This document shows, one piece after another, positions 9,385-17,682 of a stretch of 64,000 nt of DNA (within the stretch, counting starts at the first letter, position 1; the number at the start of each line of letters is the position of its first letter). Made by a program: the position numbers and the translations under genes. The stretch is taken from positions 10,256 to 74,255 of the forward strand of contig MPNB01000005.1 in assembly GCA_002238805.1 (NCBI GenBank), read 5' to 3'. The stretch comes from Rhodothermaceae bacterium bin80. Lineage in GTDB: Bacteria; Bacteroidota; Rhodothermia; Rhodothermales; Bin80. The notes below the pieces were generated by a model, which was not told where the DNA came from, made no database searches, and was given only the letters and a program-made list of their open reading frames with translations.

Positions 9385-9557
9385 TAAGTCACCTGTTCGT
9401 TGCTCTGGCAAGTATACGTATTCTGTTATTCTATGATGCAAATAGTCCACCTGAAGATACAACACCTAGGACAATTCCCTAAGGTTTGATTCCTACGAGC
9501 ACCAGTGGTACAGCTGGCACTCCTCAACCTTGACGAATAACATTCAGTAGGTCACGC

Positions 9558-9794
9558 TCATAGTAGGGAATACCGCTTGACATTTCCTTCTCCAGAGACT
9601 TCATCATCTTCTTCGATCAAACACTTCTGTTCAATTACCTGCATAATCGCTCTTGTCTCTCCCTTTAATCGAGCGATGTCTTCACCCTTGTGCTTCCACA
9701 CTTTAACCCCTGCACCTGCTGTATACAGCTTACGAGCAGTCTTCTGTCTTTCTTCTGCTACTTGGAGTTCGAGTGCAGTGATCTTGTACTCCAC
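9558..9794 (-). CDS. small coiled-coil-like hypothetical protein
   Basis: 78-aa charged helical ORF, same strand as and upstream of cassette 2. There is only ORF evidence. Confidence 0.3.
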   Translation of the reverse strand: MEYKITALELQVAEERQKTARKLYTAGAGVKVWKHKGEDIARLKGETRAIMQVIEQKCLIEEDDEVSGEGNVKRYSLL

Positions 9795-10032
9795 TTCTAA
9801 CTCATCAACGGAAACGCCTTAAAGATTTCGAAACCACCCGTCCCCCCAGCTGAGACACTACGGGAATTACCATTCGATGGTAATTGTCTGTGATTCTGAG
9901 CTCCTTTGAAGAATACTTCTACGAAAAATGCTGTACTTGTCTTGGTTGAATAAACGGATTGTTGTTAAATAGAGCCGAAGTGCGACTAATCACCATGGTG
10001 AACCTGAAGGCAAACGAACTATTATTCCCCCT

Positions 10033-10046
10033 CCCCCCCCCCCCCC
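10033..10046 (+). repeat. homopolymeric C14 tract (C5-T-C14 overall from 10027)
   Basis: Read directly: ttattccccctccccccccccccccaaaatttt, just 5' of the methyltransferase remnant. Confidence 0.9.
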
Positions 10047-10048
10047 AA

Positions 10049-10503
10049 AATTTTCACCCCAATACTATCTGGACAGGGTATAACCTTTATGTAATGCGTG
10101 GCATGAACAGTGCCCCCGTCGATCTAATCTATCTTTATCCCCATTCAATAGCAAAGCCAACCACGCCGCTCCTATTTGTAGTAAAGCTACGGGGGCAACT
10201 CTTAAAGATACTTGGACATTATCAGACATAGATACTGAATGGCATGATGTGATCGAAAAGCCTTATCCAGCCTCTGACTTGTGATCATGGCGGCCATGAC
10301 GGATAGCGATGAGTCCTATCTCTCCTACATGGCAATCCGGTTGCCGGAAATGAAGCGCTTAATGAAGGAATTTGCTTCCATTTGTCTCCACTGTGATCCC
10401 ACCTTAAGCCATTATTTGAAGCTGGCCATGGATGTCATATTTGGTTGAACAAGTTTTCAATATGAAATTCTCTGGCATTATGGGCGCGGAATACTCACCT
10501 CTT
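10049..10503 (+). pseudogene. decayed N4/N6 DNA methyltransferase (PF01555-like)
   Basis: Frame 1 reads HPNTIWTGYNLYVMRGMNSAPVDLIYLYPHS, so the DPPY/F motif is mutated to YPHS. A shifted frame reads SYLSYMAIRLPEMKRLMKEFASICLHCDPTLSHYLKLAMDVIFG*TSFQYEILWHYGRG. There is a frameshift and an in-frame TGA, and the gene is truncated at about 10503. Confidence 0.7.
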
Positions 10504-10504
10504 A

Positions 10505-10553
10505 AGAATCTGGCGTCCGATGACTAGGACTGCCTTAGCACATTCTGAATAAT
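10505..10553 (-). pseudogene. decayed fragment of a second copy of the AAA ATPase gene
   Basis: By hand alignment it matches 5941-5990 at 42 of 50 positions with one 1-nt gap. The minus-strand translation IIQNVLRQS*SS aligns with VTVQNVLRPSKPS of the intact gene. Confidence 0.6.
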
Positions 10554-10623
10554 TCCCGAAAGCTTGTTCATGCGTTCATGGGCGTACTAGACAGTGACGT
10601 TACGACTTACAGACTCACAAAAA

Positions 10624-11640
10624 TCAGCCAAAGCCATAGCTACTGCGTCGCAGCAGGAGCAGGAAGAACGGTACACCGCAGAGGGCGGTTACAATGCCAA
10701 CCGGCAGCTGTGCTCCTGGCAGGAGGGCTCTCGCTACAAGATCCGCCCATAAAAGGAATACCGCGCCAGCGATAAAGCTTGCTGGCAGCACGCGTCGATG
10801 AGTTACGCCGACTATGGAACGCACGGCGTGGGGAACGATCAGACCAACGAATCCAATCGCTCCGCTTGCAGCAACGATAGATCCGGTAACCAGTGAAGCC
10901 AGGACAATCAGGATTCGCTTTATAGATTCAACCGGGACTCCCAGTGAGTGAGCAGATTCATCACCGGTTAGCATCCCATCCAAAGGGCGTGCCAACACAA
11001 TTAACGAGACAAAACCTATCAACACGGCTATTGAAGGCCAGATCAGTGCACTCCAGGTTGCCAGATGGAGTGACCCCAGCAGCCAAAAAAGCACTGACCT
11101 TAGTTTATCGGGCTCCGGCGACGATAGGGTAATAAAGGAAGAAAGGGCACCCATGAGTGATGCAACAGCGACCCCGGCCAGGAGCAGACGTGTAACCGAT
11201 AAATGCCCCCGACCACCTGCAACACTGTACACGATGAGAATTGCACACAAGCCTCCTGCAAACGCTGCCACCGGCATAGAAACCGCCTTAGAGATCAAGG
11301 GGGGTAGGAAACCCAGGTAAAACAGTGATGCGCCTGCTGTCGCCCCGCTAGAAATCCCCAGGATATACGGTTCTGCCAAAGGATTACGTACAAGCGTTTG
11401 CATCGCTGTACCGATAATCCCTAACCCTCCCCCGACAATAAGGGCAAGCAAGGCACGAGGGAGGCGAAGCTGCCACACGATGCGATCTGCAATGGGATCT
11501 GGAGCAATGCCGTATCCGAACGTAATATGATGCCACAGCACAGACAGTGCTTCGGAAAATGATACCTCATCTCCCGCGCTCACGGAGATGATTACACTAA
11601 AAAATGCCAATACCAGTAACCCAATTATCCAGCGATTCAT
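10624..11640 (-). CDS. FecCD-family ABC transporter permease (iron-siderophore/cobalamin type)
   Basis: 338 aa and polytopic. Typical FecCD/BtuC blocks are present: LRLPRALLALIVGGGLG and GAIGFVGLIVPH. Confidence 0.9.
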   Translation of the reverse strand: MNRWIIGLLVLAFFSVIISVSAGDEVSFSEALSVLWHHITFGYGIAPDPIADRIVWQLRLPRALLALIVGGGLGIIGTAMQTLVRNPLAEPYILGISSGATAGASLFYLGFLPPLISKAVSMPVAAFAGGLCAILIVYSVAGGRGHLSVTRLLLAGVAVASLMGALSSFITLSSPEPDKLRSVLFWLLGSLHLATWSALIWPSIAVLIGFVSLIVLARPLDGMLTGDESAHSLGVPVESIKRILIVLASLVTGSIVAASGAIGFVGLIVPHAVRSIVGVTHRRVLPASFIAGAVFLLWADLVARALLPGAQLPVGIVTALCGVPFFLLLLRRSSYGFG

Positions 11641-12560
11641 GGATTAATCACCGCGTCAGGATGCAAAACTTGTGCAAGAGTCCATGCCCCGGACACAAGA
11701 CGCGGTCCAGGCCGTAAATAGAGATCGGGGTACAGTCCATAGATTCGGCCGGATACTACCGCGGGTACAATATCCCAGGTTGAGTGATGAGAAATAAGTT
11801 TCGTGACATCGTACTGTGGGCCGAATGAGCCCACAATTACGTCAGGCCCTGAGCTTAACACGAATTCGTCAGTGAGTACAGGGGCACGTGTTGTCAATGT
11901 TTGTGTGATGCTGTAACCACCGGCTAAATCAATCATATCGTGAATGTAACTTCCTTGCCCAAAAGCATAGAGTGTTACGTCATTGATCAAGAACAGTGTA
12001 CGCGGTCGCTCAGATAAGTCGGCAGTGAGCACCGCCAGTTGCGCGAGCGAGTCTTCGAGTTCAATTGCCCGGCGTGTCGCTGCCTCTGAGGTGCCGAGTA
12101 GGTCCCCCAGGGTTCGAATCGCCCGGGGTACATCCGGGAGCGTATTCACCGCAACGAAATACACCGGAATGCCTATCGATGAGAAGATGTCAGCCTCCTT
12201 CGGGCTGTTTACTTGCTCACTTGCAAGTACTAGTTCTGGGTCAAGAGCGACAATAGCTTCAAAATCTGTTGGAATCATGCCATATTTTGGCAATGAATCA
12301 ACGGCTGGAGGATAGTCATCGAATGTTGTTACCCCCACTATTTTTGATCCAGCCCCTGCAGCAAATGCAAGCTCCGTCACACTTGGGGCAAGCGTAGCGA
12401 TCCTCTCTATTGTGGGAGGCAATACCACAGTACGCCCCAAATCATCCTCGACAGTCCGTCCCTCAGGAAAATTGGATGAACAGCCGATTAAGAGTAGGCA
12501 AAGCAGGCAGACTTGACGCATGGATTGGGATGGAGGATGTGGCACTGGTGAATAGGTCAC
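11637..12560 (-). CDS. periplasmic substrate-binding protein (BtuF/FhuD-like, cluster A)
   Basis: It overlaps the permease start by 4 nt. A lipoprotein-like signal is present (LLIGCSS). The block RIATLAPSVTELAFAAGAG..VGVT is typical. The start may instead be at 12521. Confidence 0.85.
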   Translation of the reverse strand: MTYSPVPHPPSQSMRQVCLLCLLLIGCSSNFPEGRTVEDDLGRTVVLPPTIERIATLAPSVTELAFAAGAGSKIVGVTTFDDYPPAVDSLPKYGMIPTDFEAIVALDPELVLASEQVNSPKEADIFSSIGIPVYFVAVNTLPDVPRAIRTLGDLLGTSEAATRRAIELEDSLAQLAVLTADLSERPRTLFLINDVTLYAFGQGSYIHDMIDLAGGYSITQTLTTRAPVLTDEFVLSSGPDVIVGSFGPQYDVTKLISHHSTWDIVPAVVSGRIYGLYPDLYLRPGPRLVSGAWTLAQVLHPDAVINP

Positions 12561-12637
12561 AAGTTACACTAAGTTCTCTTGTTGCTCTATCAAGTGAATC
12601 GCGCAGATGCCAAAAACGTTGCCTCAGAGAGCTTGAA

Positions 12638-13297
12638 ATGAACTCAAGCCAGTTGGCTCAAATGATTGACCATACCAGGCTTGCTCCTGATACTACGGTG
12701 CAGGACGTGCACATTCTATGTGAAGAGGCTGTCCAACACGGGTTTGCAAGCGTGTGTATTCCTCCATGTTATGTGGAGGAAGCTGCCCGAATGCTCGCGG
12801 AAGAATTACCTTTGGTATGCACCGTAGTAGGTTTCCCGCTGGGGGGGAGCCGAAGTAGCGTTAAGGCTATGGAGGCGACGATGGCTGTTGAAGACGGCGC
12901 AACGGAAATTGACATGGTCATGGCTATCGGATTATTCAAGAGTGGGGCATACAAGTCGGTAACAAAAGACATTCAGACGGTAGTCCAAGCTTGCGAGAAC
13001 GGGGCTCTGGTAAAAGTGATCCTTGAGTGCGTGCTGCTCACAGAACAGGAGAAACGCATAGCGTGCTTGCTGGCGCGTGATGCAGGAGCCGCCTACGTAA
13101 AGACCTCCACGGGATTCGCAAGTGGGGGAGCTACGGAAGCGGATGTGTCCCTCATGCGTAACACTGTTGGACGCGATCTTGGCATCAAGGCAGCGGGCGG
13201 GATACGCACCGGGACTTCTGCACTCGCAATGGTGCGTGCGGGTGCTGACAGGATTGGGGCCAGCGCTTCGCTGGCAATTATTCAAGAAATGGATTGA
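12638..13297 (+). CDS. deoC: deoxyribose-phosphate aldolase
   Basis: The ATG at 12638 gives MNSSQLAQMIDHTRLAPDTT...VCIPP...VKVILE...YVKTSTGF...IKAAGGIR, which are canonical DeoC blocks. Confidence 0.9.
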   Translation: MNSSQLAQMIDHTRLAPDTTVQDVHILCEEAVQHGFASVCIPPCYVEEAARMLAEELPLVCTVVGFPLGGSRSSVKAMEATMAVEDGATEIDMVMAIGLFKSGAYKSVTKDIQTVVQACENGALVKVILECVLLTEQEKRIACLLARDAGAAYVKTSTGFASGGATEADVSLMRNTVGRDLGIKAAGGIRTGTSALAMVRAGADRIGASASLAIIQEMD

Positions 13298-13843
13298 ATG
13301 GTCAGGACGGCTAATACTTTAACCTTTATTTTTCTATTGTTTTTTGCAGTTGCTTGTTCGGGCCCGGCAACAAGGCCGCTTACGAACGTTTCATCTGTAG
13401 AGGAGGATGTCTCAATTGATTGGTCTGAGCATGAGGATTTCGATCTGGAAGCCTATCGGGAGCCCCCCGTTGCCTCTTCGGTAGGGGTGGTGCACGATGT
13501 GCCCGAACTGCTGCTTTCCAGCAACAATGTAGTGCGCTATTCCCGTGAAGAACAAGCGGGTTTTCGAATTCAGATTGTATCTACGCTCAGTAAACAGGAA
13601 GCAGATCAGGCGGTCGAAGATGCTCTTGCATGGTGGAGAGATTTTGAACAGGATGATTCACTCCGTGACCTATACCCACGATCCGAGCCTGAACCACCAG
13701 TATATCAGGACTTTCGTGCACCCTACTATCGCGTTCGGATAGGTAATTTTATTCGTCGTGCCGACGCTGAGCTCCTTCTTGAAGTAGTCGAGAAAAGCTA
13801 TGCTAGTTCATTCATAGCGCCCGACCAGGTGATTGTCGAATAG
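13298..13843 (+). CDS. SPOR-domain lipoprotein
   Basis: The signal ends in a Cys (FAVACSG). The C-terminus FRIQIVSTLSKQEADQ...YYRVRIGNFIRRADAELL has the SPOR pattern. Confidence 0.7.
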   Translation: MVRTANTLTFIFLLFFAVACSGPATRPLTNVSSVEEDVSIDWSEHEDFDLEAYREPPVASSVGVVHDVPELLLSSNNVVRYSREEQAGFRIQIVSTLSKQEADQAVEDALAWWRDFEQDDSLRDLYPRSEPEPPVYQDFRAPYYRVRIGNFIRRADAELLLEVVEKSYASSFIAPDQVIVE

Positions 13844-13847
13844 AGGG

Positions 13848-14657
13848 CTACCGAAGGGCCGACTCGAGCTCTGTTGCCGCGTCCGTCCGCGCGTCTCTAT
13901 ACTTAACGATAACCGGCACATACGTGGCTATCCCGTGCTCTCGTGCGAAAAACCCGGGCTTATCGCGACTTCCCGGCACAACAACGGCCCCCGGAGGAAC
14001 CTCTCCAGTTTCGATTACACGTTCGTGAACCAAATCGTACAATCTCGTAGCGTTTGTCAAAATTACGCCCGGAGCCAACACTGCACCCTTGCGAATTACG
14101 CAGCCTTCGTAGATGCCGCAACCTCCGCCGATGAAGCTGTCATCTTCTACAATGACAGGTAGTGCGCCCGGGGGTTCCAGGACTCCGCCAACCTGTACGG
14201 CAGCGGAGAGATGAACCCGTTTTCCGATCTGGGCGCAACTGCCCACAAGAGCATGCGAATCGACCATGGTTCCTTCATCTACGTATGCTCCGGTATTGAT
14301 GTACATTGGGGGCATACAAATAACGCCAGGACCGACGTATGCTCCGGTCCGAATGGATGACCCACCCGGTACGAGCCGGACTTGATCGTTCACCCCAAGG
14401 GGTTTCAGAGGAAAGGTGTGTTTATCAAAGAAGGAAGCCGGTGCAGCAGTGAGCTCTTCGAGTTTACCTGTACGGAATCCATACAACAGCCCTTTCTTTA
14501 CCCAGGCATGGGCTTCCCAGTTGCCGTCTGCATTTTGGGAAGCAGCGCGTATCATTCCGGTGTTCAGACCTTCTATAAGGTAGTCGAAGCCAAGCGCCTG
14601 CAGATCAGGGTCATTAGACGCAAGGTGCTGTCGAATACTTGACCGGGAGGGAATCAT
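13848..14657 (-). CDS. dapD: 2,3,4,5-tetrahydropyridine-2,6-dicarboxylate N-succinyltransferase
   Basis: 269 aa with hexapeptide repeats. The blocks WVKKGLLYGFR and RLVPGGSSIRTGAYV are typical of the short DapD form. Confidence 0.85.
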   Translation of the reverse strand: MIPSRSSIRQHLASNDPDLQALGFDYLIEGLNTGMIRAASQNADGNWEAHAWVKKGLLYGFRTGKLEELTAAPASFFDKHTFPLKPLGVNDQVRLVPGGSSIRTGAYVGPGVICMPPMYINTGAYVDEGTMVDSHALVGSCAQIGKRVHLSAAVQVGGVLEPPGALPVIVEDDSFIGGGCGIYEGCVIRKGAVLAPGVILTNATRLYDLVHERVIETGEVPPGAVVVPGSRDKPGFFAREHGIATYVPVIVKYRDARTDAATELESALR

Positions 14658-15404
14658 TCAAGTATTGCGGCTGTGTGCGGCACAGGCAGCTCCGATGATA
14701 CCCGCCTCATTCTGGAAATGTGCTGGGGCAAGGCGTGCTCTTGTTCCGAGTAAATGAAAGTAATTTCTTACACGCTTTGGCCTGCTAACACCACCTCCAA
14801 GAATGATCAGTTCAGGGTCAAGCAGGAACTCGACGTAACTCAGGTACTCCTGCAGGCGTTTGGCCCAGTCCCCCCAGGATAGATTCTCGCGTTTTCGTAC
14901 ACTATTGGCGGCCCAGGCCTCCGCAATCGTGTCGTGCATACGCAAATGACCAAGCTCGAGATTAGGTACAAGAGTGGATCCCACGAACAGGCTTGAGCCA
15001 ATACCTGTACCAAGTGTTAGTACAAGTGTTTTGCCTGGGACATCCTTGCCTGCACCGTAATGAATCTCGGCATAACCGGCAGCATCGGCATCATTGAGTG
15101 TAACAACATCAGAATCAGTGGTGCGTGAAAATAACGCCTCTATGTTCGTACCAATCCAGGAGGGATCAATGTTGGCTGCTGTGCGGGCGATACCGTTATG
15201 AACGCGTACGGGCATTGCTATTCCGATCCTTCCGCGCCAAGAAAAATGATGAACAATAGCACGTACAGTTTGCGCAACCTCTTCCGGGTGTGCGCCCTTT
15301 GGTGTGGGAAGGCGAAAACGTTCGGAAGTCAGTTGTCCAGATGCTATATCGACCGGAGCTCCTTTGATTCCAGTTCCACCTATGTCTATTCCGAGAACTT
15401 CCAA
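14658..15404 (-). CDS. ROK-family (polyphosphate) glucokinase
   Basis: The N-terminus VLGIDIGGTGIKGAPVD and the blocks LNDADAAG and GTGIGS are present. 248 aa with no zinc-finger ROK insertion, as in PpgK-type enzymes. Confidence 0.8.
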   Translation of the reverse strand: MEVLGIDIGGTGIKGAPVDIASGQLTSERFRLPTPKGAHPEEVAQTVRAIVHHFSWRGRIGIAMPVRVHNGIARTAANIDPSWIGTNIEALFSRTTDSDVVTLNDADAAGYAEIHYGAGKDVPGKTLVLTLGTGIGSSLFVGSTLVPNLELGHLRMHDTIAEAWAANSVRKRENLSWGDWAKRLQEYLSYVEFLLDPELIILGGGVSRPKRVRNYFHLLGTRARLAPAHFQNEAGIIGAACAAHSRNT

Positions 15405-15633
15405 CTCAAATACAAATAAGCGTAGCAGAAACAGAAAGATAGTACGTAACTTAGCATTATTGGCGTTATGTGCGCCATGTCGAACATTTATAAGAGAAAA
15501 ATATTGGAAATTATATTGATGACCAGACTCTTACTTGCCATTCTCCTTGCAGGTTTTCTTTCCATAGGTGCCTGTCAGTGTTCCGAAAAGCCGGAGCAAC
15601 CTCCGATTGCAGCTCTGCCGTAAAGGGGTGGGT

Positions 15634-17496
15634 ATGCGGATTCCAAAAAACGTTATAGAGCAGGTGCGTGATGCCTCAGACATTCTGAGCATTGCACAGG
15701 ATTACGTACGGCTGAAGAAGGCTGGGCGCAATTATTTAGGGTTATGCCCATTCCACAGCGAGAAAACGGCGTCCTTTAATGTGAGTCCAGCAAAAGGATT
15801 CTTCAAGTGCTTTGGATGTGGCAAAGGCGGAGACACGATCACCTTCGTGATGGAGATCGAACGACTAGAATTCTTAGATGCAATTCGATGGTTGGCGGAT
15901 CGTGCAGGAATAGAAATTCCAAAGACGAAGGAGGAAGGAAAAGCCTACGACAAACGGGAATCTGTGTATGCGGCTCTTCGCTTTGCATCCGAGTACTATG
16001 TTCGGAAGCTCAAGGAACCAAATTCCGGCGCGCGAGCACGCGAATATCTACATGGACGTTCATTAACCGAGAAAACGATAACGCGGTTCAGTCTGGGCTA
16101 TGCTCCTGATTCATGGGATAGCTTAATAAAGGCGGCAGCAGATGTGCACATCAAGCCCGAAACTCTGGAAAAGGCCGGATTGATAATTAAGCGGGATGAT
16201 GGCAGTTACTATGATCGATTTCGGGGACGAATTATGTTTCCTATTCGGTCACATGTGGGAAAAATTATTGGTTTCGGAGGACGGATCCTTGTGGACCACC
16301 CAAAAGCACCAAAGTACCTCAACTCATCTGAAACGGACGTCTATCATAAAAGCAATATCCTCTACGGTCTGTATCAGTCCAAACGGATGGCGCGCCAGGA
16401 GGAGAGTATTCTTCTGGTGGAAGGATACACGGATGTTCTGGCACTTGACCAGGCAGGTGTTGGATCAGCGGCATGCTGCGGGACTGCACTTACTCTTCAA
16501 CAGGTTACACTATTGGGACGATATGTGAAGGAGATCCGATTACTCTACGATGCAGATCGTGCAGGTATGGAAGCGACCGAGCGCGCAATTGACGTTGTTC
16601 TTGCGGGGGGGGTAGCTGCAAGCGTTGTATCGCTGCCGGAGGGGGAGGACCCGGACTCATTTGTGCGTGAAAAAGGTGCCGATGCGTTTAAGCTGCACCT
16701 TAAAACGGCTACCAAAGATTGGATTGATGCTTTTTTCGCTGCGTCTCTTTCAGACGACGGATTTGGCACGCTCCACAAGAAACGGCAGGCGATCTCTGGA
16801 GTAGCCAAACGCATTGCTTATACGAAGGATGATATTCTTCGGAAAATGTACGTACAGAAGGCTAGTCAGCTGTTCGCGATCCCTGAGGGCGACATGGCTC
16901 ATGAAATTACACGATACGCCAGGAGCAACCAGCCACAACAACAACCCACGCAGACTCCACCGGAAAGCAGTACCAGCGCCGAGCCTGTTAATTTTGATGC
17001 GATTTCCGAACCAGAAAAAATGCTTTTACAGTTGATGCTGGAAGAAGGTGGGCCAATGATAGAGTATATCCTCGGAAACATGGGGTATGATGAGTTTCAG
17101 GAAGGACCATCCCGCAAGCTTGTAGACGCATTAATTAAGGGCTACGAGACACATGGAGACGGTATACTGTCTGCGATTCAATCTAAGGGAATTAATGCTG
17201 ATGAGATCACCCAACAACTGGTTGCGCATGTTCTGGTGCCGCGGCATGAAATTTCCGAAGGATGGGAGGCTAAGAAAATTAATGTCCCTCGACTGAACGA
17301 AAACTCGAAACGCATTGCTCAGGATTGTATGATGCGCGTTAAGGGGAAGGTTGTCGAAAGGGATCTGCAACGCGTAAAACATGAGATGATGAATGCCCCT
17401 GAGGGTAGCGAAGAGCAGAGTAGACTGCAGAAGGAGTATCTAGGCCAGAAACAATATCTGCTCAAAATTAATAACAGGACACTCTTTGACGACTGA
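15634..17496 (+). CDS. dnaG: DNA primase
   Basis: The ATG at 15634 gives MRIPKNVIEQVRDASDI. The zinc ribbon is CPFHSEKTASFNVSPAKGFFKCFGCG and the Toprim block is LVEGYTDVLAL...YDADRAG. Confidence 0.92.
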   Translation: MRIPKNVIEQVRDASDILSIAQDYVRLKKAGRNYLGLCPFHSEKTASFNVSPAKGFFKCFGCGKGGDTITFVMEIERLEFLDAIRWLADRAGIEIPKTKEEGKAYDKRESVYAALRFASEYYVRKLKEPNSGARAREYLHGRSLTEKTITRFSLGYAPDSWDSLIKAAADVHIKPETLEKAGLIIKRDDGSYYDRFRGRIMFPIRSHVGKIIGFGGRILVDHPKAPKYLNSSETDVYHKSNILYGLYQSKRMARQEESILLVEGYTDVLALDQAGVGSAACCGTALTLQQVTLLGRYVKEIRLLYDADRAGMEATERAIDVVLAGGVAASVVSLPEGEDPDSFVREKGADAFKLHLKTATKDWIDAFFAASLSDDGFGTLHKKRQAISGVAKRIAYTKDDILRKMYVQKASQLFAIPEGDMAHEITRYARSNQPQQQPTQTPPESSTSAEPVNFDAISEPEKMLLQLMLEEGGPMIEYILGNMGYDEFQEGPSRKLVDALIKGYETHGDGILSAIQSKGINADEITQQLVAHVLVPRHEISEGWEAKKINVPRLNENSKRIAQDCMMRVKGKVVERDLQRVKHEMMNAPEGSEEQSRLQKEYLGQKQYLLKINNRTLFDD

Positions 17497-17682
17497 GTTT
17501 ATGTACGTTGTCGTTTTGGTGAGGGGTAGTAGACCTGTTTTCCGGTGTGAGTTGGCTGAGTTTCTGCGAAATTTTTCGACACTCCGGGCTTGTTGGGTGG
17601 TGGCTTGTACTTGGACACTTGTCCCACGCTGCCGGCTTGGTAACCTTCTCTATGTACGGGTCCCGGCTGCCGCCCTGATGGA

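Noticed and set aside
12522-12637. Cobalamin riboswitch upstream of the BtuF-like gene
   Set aside because: Only about 80-115 nt are available before the divergent deoC start, and I saw no B12-box-like sequence.
15519-15623. 34-aa lipoprotein-like mini-ORF (MTRLLLAILLAGFLSIGACQ...) just upstream of dnaG
   Set aside because: It has a plausible signal peptide plus Cys, but it is too short to support without conservation data.
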